Positions 1 through 12,395 are shown, counted from the first letter of the stretch. The stretch: 64,000 bases of DNA from Octopus sinensis (GCF_006345805.1 NC_043006.1:51398001-51462000), one strand, 5' to 3'. Notes: generated by a model not told the origin, from the letters alone. Program-made: numbers and translations.

Positions 1-625
1 ACGTCTTAACACCTCGACGACCCTCGTTTGAAAGGCCGAAATCGCCGCTCCCTGCGCACGCTTCACGGCTGCCCCTTCTGGTTGCCCCAACTGCCAGTCA
101 ATGCACCCAGCTGCTGACGTCATCCCACACGCCACCCTGATCTTAAAGATCACAATCTCTCCGCTCCGTGTCATAGTCCACCATCCAACCGGGAGGGCGC
201 CTTGTGCATCGAGATCTTCTCAAGCTGGGCACCTCGTTCTCCCCCTCTCCAGAATCGTCGTCCGTCGAAGCGACAATCCTGCGAAGACATGTCGCAGCAT
301 TCCATCTACGGAGACGTTGTTTCTGGAATTGACCGCTGTCACCGTTCCTCTGCTCTATTGAGACGTACAGCGCGCCTTTGGTGGCTTAACCCAGACTTCC
401 TCCCATATTTTCATGCGAACGGGTCCCTTCTCTTCCTTGTGACCTTCCGGCGCTTTGCTCGGGTGCCTCCATTCATATTTGAACACAGCTCTCTGTGGCA
501 CAGATTCCTCAGCTTGTCCGGATCGGGGAGACAAGTTGTACCAAAAAACTGCTTCAAGCGGCGAAATGTGCCCTCTTTCCTCTATGGCCTTGACTGTCCG
601 ATGGTGCCTCTCCACGACCCCGTGA
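1..625 (-). mobile_element. Gypsy-like LTR retrotransposon integrase C-terminal remnant (pseudogenised)
   Basis: ORF 355-630 reads GVVERHHRTVK..EAVFWYN..P, the end of an integrase core. Beyond a TAG (probably ex-TGG) the same frame continues GTVTAVNSRNNVSVDG. GC-rich relative to the flank. Family call is from motif recall. Confidence 0.65.
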
Positions 626-630
626 AACAT

Positions 631-1245
631 TAGATATTAATTTAATGATACCGTCAGTTTAACACCAAGTGGTCTAGCACATAAAAACCAGGGAGACAGT
701 ACAAACTGACGGTATTATTAAATTAATATCTAATTTTTCACCCTCATTTATGAATTTATAAATTAAATATGCTGCAGAAAATATTGTATGCAGTATTGGT
801 TTCCACTGAGTCTTAGCATGCTTTTGGCGGGAAGCTAAACCACAACTATGCATGCAATCGATCAGACTGCATGGGTATTTATCGCCCGTGAGGGTCTGAT
901 AAATTGTATCGAGGACAAATGCTGCCGATGATTTATATACAAATATGTGAGTATAATTGCATATTATGTTCATAAAGAAACAATTGTTCAGCATTAATCT
1001 ATCTTTTCATTGTATTTCGCTTCCCTTACATTGAAGGTAATGTTATTTCTTCTGTGGAAACGACTTCGGTGGCTATACCAGAATAAGGAGCTATTTCTAG
1101 CACTGGAGTTAACCACTTAACGTTAACTCTCTTATATTTACGTATAAATTTGTACTGTCTCCCTGGTTTTTATGTGCTAGGCCACTTGGTGTTAAACTGA
1201 TGGTATTATTAAATTAATATCTAATTTTTCACCCTCATTTATGAG
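631..1245. repeat. Fold-back and duplicated block at the Gypsy breakpoint
   Basis: 631-660 is the reverse complement of ~702-732 (1 mismatch). 631-704 is the reverse complement of ~1150-1223. ~703-752 is repeated directly at ~1195-1244. Confidence 0.85.
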
Positions 1246-1269
1246 TATATATATATATATATATATATA

Positions 1270-2135
1270 TACAAGGTTTGATCAATAAGTATCCGGACTG
1301 TTGCCATAGTAACAAAGCTAAAGCAAGTAGAGTGAAGCTGCTTTGCAAAGATTGACCTTGAACTCTGCTGTGCATGTGCACTAACTTTTAACTTTTTAGT
1401 TCACTTCCGCTGTTTACAGAAGTGCTTGGAAGGAAGATGTGTAACGTGTGATTGTCGACATTGACCATGACAGAGAAAGTTGTCATGGCATACCTGTTCA
1501 GAGGCCTATACAAAATTGTAGAAAGTGTATGGAGAGGAATATATGAGCCATACACAAGTGTATAAGTGGTTCAGGAGTTTCCAAGATGGCCAAAAAAATG
1601 TCGGTATTGACGAAAGTTCTGAGAGACCTGCAATCAGCAGAACTGAGAAAAATATTGCAGATGTGTGGCAGCTGTGAGGGAAAATTGTTGAATCACCATC
1701 TATAAGTTATCAGAGGGTGTACAGATTAGTTGAAGATTCGGGTATAAGATACATGTCTACCAAGTTTGTGCTAAAACTGCTTTCAGCTGACCAAAAAGAC
1801 ACACGGGTTTCAGTTGCGCAAGATCTCCTTGATTGTGTTGAGAATGATTAAAACTGTTTGAAAACTTTGCATAGGTCTCTGAGCAGGTATCGCCAAGCTT
1901 TTGGCAAAATTTGATTCGGATTTTCTGCTTAACTTCCTGTTATGGTCGGTGCAACAATCACATGCTACACACCTTCCTGCCAAGTACTGCTGTAAATAGT
2001 TGAAGTGAGCTACAACGTTAAAACTTTGTGTGCATGCACCACAGAGTTCAAGGTCAATTCGTGCCAAGCAGCTTCAGTCTGTGTGCTTTAGCTTTGTTAC
2101 TATGGCAACAGTCCGGATACTTATTGATGAGACCA
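1270..2135 (+). mobile_element. Internally deleted mariner element with ~120-bp imperfect TIRs
   Basis: Left TIR atcaataagtatccggactgttgccatagtaacaaagctaaagca has its reverse complement at ~2085-2128. The interior encodes a decayed mariner N-terminus (KVYGEEYMSHTQVYKWF). The left end sits in (TA)n. Confidence 0.85.
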
Positions 2136-2297
2136 CAAATACACACACACACACACACACTTACATACACAGGACGTTCAGGGCTAATTTGATTATTTTT
2201 TTATATGTCACCTTTTTTCAGGAACATCAGTGCTTTGTAAACACTATAAAGGCTGTAAGATATAACATGTATTTCATGAAAACCAAGTTCCGCCAAA

Positions 2298-2675
2298 GCA
2301 GGAGTGGCTGTGTGGTAAGTAGCTTGCTTACCAACCACATGGTTCTGGGTTCAGTTCCACTGCGTGGCACCTTGGGCAAGTGTCTTCTACTATAGCCTCA
2401 GGCTGACCAAAGCCTTGTGGGTGGATATGGTAGACGGAAACTGAAAGAAGCCTGTTGTATATATATATATGTGTGTGTGTCTGTTTTTGTCACCCTAACA
2501 TCACTTGATAACCGATGTTGGTATGTTTATGTCCCCGTAAGTTAGCGGTTCAGCATAAGAGACCGATAGAATAAGTACTAGGCTTACAAAGAATAAGTCC
2601 TGGGGTTGATTTGCTCGACTAAATGTGGTGCTCCAGCATGGCCGCAGTCAAATGACTAAAACATGTAAAAGAGTA
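2298..2675 (+). mobile_element. tRNA-derived SINE, family A (carries an internal microsatellite)
   Basis: Head gcaggagtggctgtgtggtaag..ggttc resembles Pol III A/B boxes, followed by ccttgggcaag core, a TA/TG microsatellite and the tail gcagtcaaatgact.aaac. More than 10 copies in the window. Confidence 0.9.
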
Positions 2676-3050
2676 AACTGTGATGGTATTAGGGTGTGTC
2701 TCCAGTAAGAGTGATGTTATGTCACCCCACATATCATATATATATATATATATATATATAAAGCAAGAGAGAGAGAGATGATAGGCTTCCTAACAGCTTT
2801 CTTCTACTCACAGATTATTGGTCAATTGAAAGCTCAAAGTGTTCTGCTGTAGTGTTAAAGCTAGAACCATATGATTGTAAAATAAACTTCTTAACCATCA
2901 ATATGTTTGTGTGTAGTATGTACATAGATACAGTTGAAAGTGATGAGTCACAGCTTTGCTTCATAGAGTTTCTTGTCATGTGTTCAGGTGAGAAAAGTAA
3001 TTGCTTTTTTATTTCGTCTATGAATATTTACTCTGTATGAAGTATTATGG

Positions 3051-3305
3051 TGGAGGCACGTGGCTTAGTGGTTAGGATGTCAGCATCATGATCGTAAGAT
3101 TGTGGTTTCGATTCCTGGACCGGGCGATGCGTTGTGTTCTTGAGAAAAACACTTCATTTCATGTTGCTCCAGTCCACTCAGCTGGCAAAAATGAGTAACG
3201 CTGCGATGGACTGGCGTTCTGTCCAGCTGGGGAACACATACGCCATTGAAACCGGGAAACCAGGCCCATGAGCCTGGCTAGGCTTTAAAAGGGCGCATTT
3301 ATTTT
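3051..3305 (+). mobile_element. tRNA-derived SINE, family C
   Basis: Head tggcttagtggttagg..ggtttcgattcc. Homologous to 42945-43172 on the minus strand. Confidence 0.85.
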
Positions 3306-4453
3306 TTTTATGAAGTATTATGTAATTCTTGGCACAATCTTGCCAAAAAGAACAAATAATATGGAAGAACTTCCTGAAAATATTTTGTTTATGCAAATTG
3401 AGTATGTAAAATTAAATCATTTCATGACTTACAAATTATATCAGATATTGGCAAAATATCCCATAAATTTTAATTACAAAATTACTTTTTAATTAAAGAC
3501 TTAACCCCTTCTTATGCTCTAAATAAAATGGATTAGGTTGTGGATTATACACTTATTCTGCTCTAATGATTTTTCACATTAGCACAAGGTTATTCATTTG
3601 TAGGGGTACAGTATAGTTGACTGAATCGAGTCCAGTACATATATTGATAATTGTTTTATAGACAAGATGGTGGTGGTGGAGGAGGCAGGTGGCAGACAAA
3701 TCCTGATATAATTTGAACTTGATATGTGGCGGGATAAAACAAAATGTTGTGTGTTTTCCATTTTTGTGCTCCACCTTCTGCTATGATACTTTTGAAATAT
3801 GGAGGAAAAAATTCTCTATTTCACAACTACAAAGACTTGTTGTTTTCTAAAATCTCAGTGTTTTACAAGAAATTAATTATTTACTATAAATAATTATTTA
3901 TGAAATTTGTTGTTTATCTATTTATTTATTTTGCTTCAATTCTGCTTGAAGGTGGAGTTTGTTTTCAAAGACTGAAAGAATTTAACAGCAACTTCACTAT
4001 ATAAACTTTGTAAAGTTTTCTTTTTCTTCATTGAACAATATAAAGTAATAAGTTATTAAATTTTATCTTTTCATTATTGCATTTAAAAAAAAAAATTACA
4101 GTTTTTCTGCAGATAAATATCTATTCAAACTTAATTACTTCAGAATTTTCAATTAATATAATTTTTACTTATATATTCTTATTTCTGCAACTTAGGTTTT
4201 TTTCTTGTGATATGACAGTTTTTCTACAGCAATCATTTCATACTCACTCACAAAACCACATGACATAATCTCTGCCCTACTTTGTGAATATTATGTCCTG
4301 ATATAAATCTTGCTTGAAGCACTTTGCCAGTATAAATACCTGAACTTGAATAACTATTGCACAATCTCAAAACCTCTGAATTTAGAGAAATTAGACTATT
4401 GTGTTGTTACTGTACTAAGTCTGACATTTCAAATTCTGCATTTCTATTTAGGT

Positions 4454-4873
4454 GCAGGAGTGGCTGTGTGGTAAGTAGCTTACTTACTAACCACATAGTT
4501 CCGGGTTCAGTCCCACTGCGTGGCACTTTGGGCAAGTGTCTTCTACTATAGCTTCGGGCTGACCAAAGCCTTGTGAGTGGATTTGGTAGACGGAAACTGA
4601 AAGAAGCCCATCGTATATATATATATATATATGTGTGTGTGTATATATGTGTGTGTATATGTTTGTGTCTGTGTTCCCCCCCCCCCCCCGACATCGTTTG
4701 ACAACCGATGCTGGTGTGTTTACACCCCCGTCACTTAGTGCTTCGGCAAGAGAGACCAATAGAATAAGTAGTAGGCTTACAAAGAATAAGTCCTGGGGTC
4801 GATTTGCTCGACTAAAGGTGGTGCTCCAGCATGGTCGCAGTCAAATGACTGAAACAAATAAAAGAATAAAAGA
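4454..4873 (+). mobile_element. SINE family A, full length
   Basis: Collinear with 2298-2675 and 41490-41890 (minus). Confidence 0.9.
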
Positions 4874-5009
4874 AAGGTGAAGATATAGATGACATAAAAA
4901 ATGGTGTCTGATTGATACTATTCATTAATTTCTGATTTGAACACACAGACAGCAATTTTAAGGGGGCTATATCTCCTCAAAATACATTAGAGATTTATGT
5001 GTGTATATT

Positions 5010-5047
<38 letters not shown>

Positions 5048-5394
5048 CATCAGTTAATGCCCCATTTTCCATACTGGCATTGGCTGGCTGGCTGAATATG
5101 AACTGACAAGCCAGAGGATCATACTGAGCTCCAATGTCTGTTTTAGTATGGTTTCTAGTTGGATGCCTTTCCTAATGCCAAAGTGTACTAGGTGATTTTC
5201 ATGGAAGTAGCACTGGTGGGGTCATCAAGCATCTTGCAAAACAAGGTCCCTCAGCTGAGTAGGATATAGTACTGAAGTTTATGAAAGATAATGATAGAAA
5301 GTCAGGAGCAAGTGTCTTAGTGAAAAGGTGAATACATTGGCTTCTATATATGCATTTGTGTGTATATATACATATCCATAGAACAATTTTGAGG

Positions 5395-5545
5395 AGAATT
5401 GAAAATATCAACTGGTACTCAGTTTTATCAATACTGGAGAGATAAAACAAAAATTTTACCTTAGCATGATTTGAACCCAGAAAGTAAATAACCCAAATAA
5501 ACACTACAAGACATTTTCTCTGACACTACCAATATTGATGGCTTA
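5395..5545 (-). mobile_element. Decayed SINE family B
   Basis: Degenerate match to ggtac..ttatcgaccccgaaaggatgaaaggcaaagtcgac..gaactcagaacgtaa. Similar relics at ~5770-5890, ~6405-6550 and ~33950-34070. Confidence 0.5.
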
Positions 5546-8496
5546 CCAACTAAATAAATTACATAATAATGATTTCTTTCATAGACCTATTTTTATCCCT
5601 TCAAACTCAACAGAATAAGAATTGAGGTCAATGTAACTGACTGTACTTTACAAGGCAAAGCTCCAGATTCCCATAATCCATTGACTGAGTCCAACAAATG
5701 AATTTGAAAAATATGCATAAGGCATTAAATTTTTTGGGGAAAGTATATTATTGATTAAAATTGATTCTTAGTACTTAAGTGATTCTTATTTTATTAACTA
5801 TGGAAGTATGAAAATTAGAGTTGACTCTGGTGAGATCTAAACTGAAAATATGAGGTAACATAGCTAATTACCATAAGACATTTTGACCACTGTTTTTATA
5901 GAGGATATAACAAAAGAAAATATATGATTGATATACAAATAATGCCTAAAATCCACTGTAGATAATAAGGAGGGGTGTATATTCTAGGCGTGTTACAGGA
6001 TCACTGCACACCCATTAAAAATAGTAAATTTTCTTTATATTAATCCCGTTATTGTAGTATTATGATATCATCTCATAATTTGCTTCCAAATACAGTAACA
6101 CATGCTCAGAAAGGAAGACTAAGTATGGTAGTATTACAATAGAAATAGTCTAAATCTATTTGTATGGTTATGCCAGAATAGTAAGGTCAACATATATTCC
6201 TATAAAAAAGAATCTAATGGTATCAATGGTTTATCAGAAAATTATGAGAGATTAAGTTTAAGAAGTTTCTAGCAGTATGGATGCAAACATTTAAGCTATA
6301 AACTAGATTGTGCTGGTAACATTTGTATGGGTTGTTTACTGTATTTTATCTTAAAAGTGTTATTATAGAGTAATTTCTTATAATAATATTTTCTGTTACA
6401 TACACAAGGCCTGGTACATATTTTATCAACCCCACAAAGATGAATGGCAAAGTTACCTCAGTGGAATTTGAACTTAGAATGTAAAGATGGATGAATTGCT
6501 GCTAAGTGTTTTGCCTAACATGGCAACTATTCTGCTAGCTCACAACCTTATCCTTTGTTATGATAATGAGAATTATTAATGAATATAGCTTCATCTGACA
6601 GTGAGGAAGACATACATCTACTGATGTTGGGTATTAAATTTCTTAAAAATAGTATTTGTGCATGGGGATCCTTACCTAAACCTATTTAGCTCATAGCCAT
6701 TGATGTTATGTATGACCGTCAGGCCACCATTTCTGTATAAACCGCCATATCAGGTAGAAAATCTTTTATGCAAACTGTCCAAAATACAAATTTCAATAAT
6801 TTCACATAAGGCAGCTCTTTATAAGATCACATGGAAACATAAAACAATTCAGCTTGATTTTTTTAACCCTAGATAAATTATCAAAGATAAGAAAGATTTT
6901 TTTTCAAACAATGATCTCAATATCGGATTCCTAAATTGGTACCATGCTGTTGGTAGAATGTAATGCAATTTGAAGTAGGATATCAGTTATGAAAGAATAG
7001 TATTCTATAATATCAAATGTGTGAATTTTTTATGTTGTTTGTCTTTAGTAGTGCTAAACTATTCATATCAAATTTACAAATGTTTTTTATTCTAAATATA
7101 AAATAATCTGGAATGTATCCTGCTGACTCAGTTTTATATATATTTATTTATGGTATCAGGTGCTGTCAAAGGCCAGTCATATTAGATTTTATATTTCTTA
7201 TGCAATCTCTGATGATTTAATGACATAATCTATTTTTCTCTTATTCCATATAGAGATTTGTTTATAGGAGAAACTGACAACACAATCTGATGTACCAACC
7301 AAAAAATTGCTGAAGAAAACAGATGCACTGACACGCACACAGGCACACATTAACACACACAGAGTATAAAGGCATATGGCACACACACAACAGCCTTCTT
7401 TCAGTTTTCATCTGCCTAACCCACTCACAAAGCATACACAACCTTTATTTGTGTGTATGAAAGTATGTTTGTGTATACTAAAGCATAGTGTAAATAACTC
7501 ACTATATGGAAATAAATGTCTAGAAATTGATTTACCCAAGCAGTCTCAGAAATCCCCTAATAGTCTTACTCACTGGCTCTTTTTGATTAGATCATAGCAT
7601 ATACATTCATATAAACAAGAAAAATGTCATATATTTGATATTTTTCAATTATAGTTCCTCTTGAATTTCTTTCTTTTTGCTTATAATACCTGCATACTTT
7701 TATAATGTTGAATCATATAATTAACATAGTCGTCAAACTGAAAATTATAAACTTGAATATATGAAATATGCCCAGTATAGATCTGGGAAGACCATAATTC
7801 TAATGAAGAAGACCATATTTCAGTACATGAGTAGGGTAAAATAGATGTGGTTATTAGTAGCAAAAGGCCTTAGGGACAGCTCATCTTTTTCATGGGTCCT
7901 GTTTTAAATTTAAATAACTTTTCATTTTGATACATTACTTACTTAGATAAGTTCCAGCCGAAGTTGGCCCATGCCATGTCTAATTTAACAGCATGACTTG
8001 GAAGAGATACACAGTCAACTCTTGGGTACCATAGCCCATTCAAGCAGAGAGTTATCGTTTTCAGAGGCATATCTGGGTGTAGGTGGTTTGTCTGGTATTT
8101 GTTGGAGGTAATCATTTAAGGACCAGGTACATAGTCATTGACTTTTAAGGGAATGGTGTAGTCAATTGAACCAACACAAATAAAGTAGAAGACCTAATCC
8201 ATCACTTGTTTTGACATCAACACCTGGCCCTTAGACTAACTTTTGAGGAGTCTTTTCCCTTCCAAGCATTCTGTCTCTAATCTAGAGAAATTAGATGCTT
8301 TCTAACACAGGCAACCAATGGTCATCCCTGTATAATCACTGTATCTGCTAGAGATAGAAGCCAAGCCTACCTCCCATAAATCACATTCTGGTAGCTTAAG
8401 AAGAGATAATGATATCTTTGGCATATAATAATAATAATAATAATAATTGTGTACAGTGCTCAGGTGCACTACAATTCATCTAAAGTGTATATATAA

Positions 8497-11319
8497 TCAG
8501 GTGTAGTTTCGACGGATTTCGGGAAGCATGAGGGCCTTAAAGGATGCAGTGTCATGGCAGTCAACAACTGATGCAGGCAGTTTATTCCACGCTTCAGCAA
8601 CCCTGAGCGTGAAAAAATGTTTCCGAAAGTCATGGGAGCTGTGCTGTTTCTGACTTTGTAGGCATGTCCACGTGTGTTAGACACATGGAGATCAAAAAGG
8701 TGTTCAGTGTTGTTGTTGGTGAGGTGGTTGATAACCTTGTGGGTGTTTACCAAGTCCGTCGCTAGACGCCGGAGCTTCAGTGAATCCATGCCCAGGGAAA
8801 CAAGGCGCTCAGAATATGGTAGGTGTCTGATGGAGGGTATGCGTTTGGTTGCACGTCTCTGGACAGATTCCAGGAGGTCAATGTTCTGAGCAAGATAGGG
8901 ATTCCAAACTGATGATGCGAATTCCAAGTGTGGTCGTACCATAGCTGTATACAGTTTTAAATAGATGGCTGGAGCGGCTAACAAAAGTCTTGCTGAGTGA
9001 TGCCAAGACACCCTCAGCCTTCTTGACAATTTTAGAGATATGCTTTGTCCAACGCAAATCACTGCTGACAGTGATGCCTAGGTCACGCTCGCAAGAGGAT
9101 TTCTTGATATCAGTGTTGTGGAGGGAGTATGTGGACGCAGGGTTTTTTCTCCCAAAATGCATGGTGGTACACTTGTCCACAGCCAGTTTCAGTTGCCAGT
9201 CTGTGATCCATTGCTGCATTGTGTCTAGGTCTGATTGCAGGAAAGAGTTGTAGACATCAGGATCAGTCCTCTTGATTTCAAGGTACAGCTTGATGTCGTC
9301 TGCATATTTCAATACTGTGGCATTCTTTAATTGGCATCTATGTCATTAATGTATGCCACAAACAGGAGGGGACCAAGGACAGATCCCTGTGGTACACCCG
9401 ATGACATCTCATATGGTGTAGAGTGCTGTCCTAGAATTGTGACTACCTCCTTTCGGCTGAGGATGAAGGATTTCAACCAGTTAAAAAGGTCATCCCCCAC
9501 ACCCATTGCAGAGAGTTTCACCATAAGCCTTTTGTGTGGCACAGAGTTGAAAGCCTTAGCAAAGTCAAGGTAGACAACATCCACCATGAGCCACTGTCAG
9601 TGATCTGAGTAATGTCCTCAAGGAACTCGACAAGCTGGTCACTGCAGCTGGAGTTAGGGACAAATCCATATTGTGAGGGTCGGATGAGACTGTGAGAGCT
9701 CCAGAAGTTCCAGAGTGTTTCTCTGACACACGATTCCATCGGTTTTGCAATACAGCTAGTGAGACTGACTGGGCGATAGTTGACAGGTGATGTGCGGTCA
9801 CCCTTTTTGAACAGAGGAATGACACTGGCAGTTTTCCACTGCTCCGGAGTAGCACCATTGTTGAGACAGTACTGGAAGAAAATAGAAAGCTGGTGTAAAA
9901 GGAAGTGCCTGCCACGTTTGAGAAGCAGGTATGTAACTCCATCGAGACCAGGGGAGGCATAGTTGCGCTTATTTTGAAGGTGACGTCGCAGCATTGCAGG
10001 TGTAAATTCCATAGTTGTTATGGAGTTTGCTGTTAGTGATGGTGAAGATGGTACATTTTGACTTTCGACAGTGAATATATTTGCATAGCACTCGGCAATG
10101 AGTTCTGCGCATTCCTTGGGGTCGTCAGTGATCTGGTTCGTGTGAGGGTTGCGAAGAGGGCCCACTGGAGAGTGAGGTCTCTGCTTTGAATGCACATATT
10201 TCCAGAAAACCTTGCTGTCAGGATTGGCTGCTATGCACTGTTCAAATTCAAGCACTGCATTTTTTGTCACTTGCTTGAGATGGTTGGAGGATTTATTCCG
10301 CTTCTTCCTGTTGGTGTCTGATTTATGCAACTTGTATTCCTGTTCAGCAGTCCGACGTTCCTTCCTGGCAAGTCGGACCGCTGAAGTTTCCCAAATTGCC
10401 CTTTTGGGGCGGTTCTTTTTTTTTGTTTACGTGGCACTGATGCTGCACATGCTGCCCATATTGAGTCCAGGATACTCTGGAGTATAGTATTCACATCTCC
10501 AGAGTTGTAGAATTCACGCCAGTTTGGGTGCTGTAGTTCAGTGTGGTACAGGTTCCAATCTGCTCTCTTCCAATCGAAGGAAGCAGATTGGAGATGGTTC
10601 AGGTGTTTGTTGCCCGCAAGAGCCAGATTGGCGATGATCATAGCATGATCAGAGTCACCTAGAGGTTCCTTCGTAGTGCAATTGATAACCGCTTCAGGAG
10701 TTGTGGTGAAGAGCAGGTCCAAGGTGTTGTCGCCTCTTGTTGGAGAGGTGACTACTTGTGACCAGTTTGAGTCCAGCACAAGCTCAACAAAATCGTTTGC
10801 ACTCTGTGGCCAACGGAAGGTTTCCCAATCGATCTCAGGATGATTGAAATCGCCTGCAATAAACACATAAGTGGCTGTATTCCTGGCTGCAGCTCGGAGG
10901 ATGTTGCAAAGCTGTGTGTCCTGATGGTAATTGGGGGACGATAAACAACGCCAAGCAGGAGTGTTGACATGGTCATACGTACGTCACAGAAAAAAATTCT
11001 TCTTGTGATTCGTTCAAATCGGCACAAGGAATTACCAAAAAATTGAACGAACGTAGACCATCACACCACCACCACGGCGGTTAGTGCGGTCCTTATGGAA
11101 GAGGTTGTACCCCGTGATGTTGAAAACCCCATCACAGAGTAAGGAATGCGCCCATGTTTCCGTGACAGTGATGAAGTCAGGGTCAACACTTCTGACGTAG
11201 GCGTTGAACAAATGTATTTTGTTGCATAAACTGCGAGCATTTAAGGACAACAATTTGTACCCTGCTCGCAGTTTATGATGGTGTGTGGAGGATGGCAGAT
11301 TGTCCTGGCTTAGTTTCCC
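8497..11319 (-). pseudogene. CR1 ORF2 (APE endonuclease + reverse transcriptase), split by small deletions
   Basis: Seven ORF-track fragments join into one APE-RT reading frame ending EIRRNYT* (stop 8497-8499) once 1-2 nt are added at 8 sites. No in-frame nonsense codon was seen. Confidence 0.9.
11225..11319 (-). promoter_or_regulatory. Candidate -1 programmed ribosomal frameshift signal (G_GGA_AAC + pseudoknot/hairpin)
   Basis: Heptamer 11319-11313 lies directly before the ORF1 UAA. Perfect 15-bp inverted repeat at 11277-11263 / 11239-11225. AGGACAAU, 6 nt after the heptamer, is complementary to loop sequence GUUGUCCU. Confidence 0.5.
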
Positions 11320-12395
11320 TGAGTTGCTGTAGTCTTTTTAGTTATTGTGGGTAGAGAGCACTCAGACCAGCTGGTATCTCTCTTCCACGTTTCATCAGTC
11401 TTGACAAATCTCCAGATTTGTCCATCTTCCCAAAGACTGAAGCTTTCCTGTAGAGCTGAGTTCCTATTCAGGGAATCCGCTACACGTAGCTTTGGACGTA
11501 GATCGGACGGTAAGCCTGCGCGTGTTCGGAAGGTGGTCCGATTTTCACGCCCAGCTTTAACTGAGGCCAGATGGTAAGAGGTTGCCTCAGTGTGGTCCGA
11601 AAAAGACAGCTTGATGAGCCTAGGTTTTGGGCCAGGTCGTCCAAGGCGGATAGCACCCGTTGGGGGAACGCAGCCTAGGTCTTTGGCTGAGTTGGCAGCA
11701 AATGCCTGAAGATCAGCCATGTCTTCAGGCACCCCAATGGCAATGACTTCATGGGTAGCAGAATCTGCGGTCTTAGATGCGACAAGAGGTACAGGTACAG
11801 GGAGGTTCTTTAGCAGAGCATTCCGATAAGACCCCTCATTGTGGAGTCCAACCTGAATGGTTGCTTTTATTCCTGCTACTTCCCCTCTTAAAGCACAGAT
11901 CGATTGTTGCAGTTCTGCAAGAACCGCACTGGTCAATTGGTGTTGTTGTTGTTGCTGCTGCTGCTCTAGTTGTGGTTGATTTTGTTGTTGCTGCTGTTGT
12001 TGTTGATGTTGTTGTTGCTGCTGCTCTGGTTGTGGTTGATTTTGTTGTTGCTGCTGTTGTTGTTGTTGCTGCTGCTGCTGCTCTAGTTGTGGTTGATTTT
12101 GTTGTTGCTGCTGTTGCTGTTCCGCCTCCTCCACGGGAGTGAAAGGGGGAGACACAATCGTTGGTTGTGGAGGCACGCAGGCCTGACACTGAAAAGTCCA
12201 AGATTTAAGCTGAACCATCTTCCAGAGTCTATCCATCATAGCATTATGATGGCTCTTTTTTTGGCCTGGGATCTTCTGAAAGTCTGTGGCACATTGGAGG
12301 CAGACAGAGATGAGGCATGTCCCACATTCGACCCAGCGATTACGGAACGTATTTTCGGGTTCCGTACAGGTATAAACTGGACTTTGATATGCAGG
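11310..12395 (-). CDS. CR1 ORF1: PHD-like Cys motif, poly-Q tract, coiled coil, RRM-like C-terminus
   Basis: Frame is open 12395->11310, with first ATG at 12239. Upstream of that ATG it reads WVECGTCLISVCLQC, then WTFQCQAC (PHD-like; PHD domains are known in CR1 ORF1s). Downstream: VIAIGVPE and RLGRP..PRLIKLSF (L1/CR1 ORF1 RRM-like). Confidence 0.8.
   Translation of the reverse strand, partial: PAYQSPVYTCTEPENTFRNRWVECGTCLISVCLQCATDFQKIPGQKKSHHNAMMDRLWKMVQLKSWTFQCQACVPPQPTIVSPPFTPVEEAEQQQQQQQNQPQLEQQQQQQQQQQQQQNQPQPEQQQQQHQQQQQQQQNQPQLEQQQQQQQHQLTSAVLAELQQSICALRGEVAGIKATIQVGLHNEGSYRNALLKNLPVPVPLVASKTADSATHEVIAIGVPEDMADLQAFAANSAKDLGCVPPTGAIRLGRPGPKPRLIKLSFSDHTEATSYHLASVKAGRENRTTFRTRAGLPSDLRPKLRVADSLNRNSALQESFSLWEDGQIWRFVKTDETWKRDTSWSECSLPTITKKTTATQGN

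Noticed and set aside
2298-2370. tRNA genes at SINE heads
   Set aside because: A/B-box-like sequence only, with no full cloverleaf, always attached to SINE bodies.
11777-12201. Thr/Ala-rich and Val/Ala-rich ORFs (mucin- or antifreeze-like)
   Set aside because: They are alternative frames or the antisense of the CAA/CAG poly-Q tract in CR1 ORF1.
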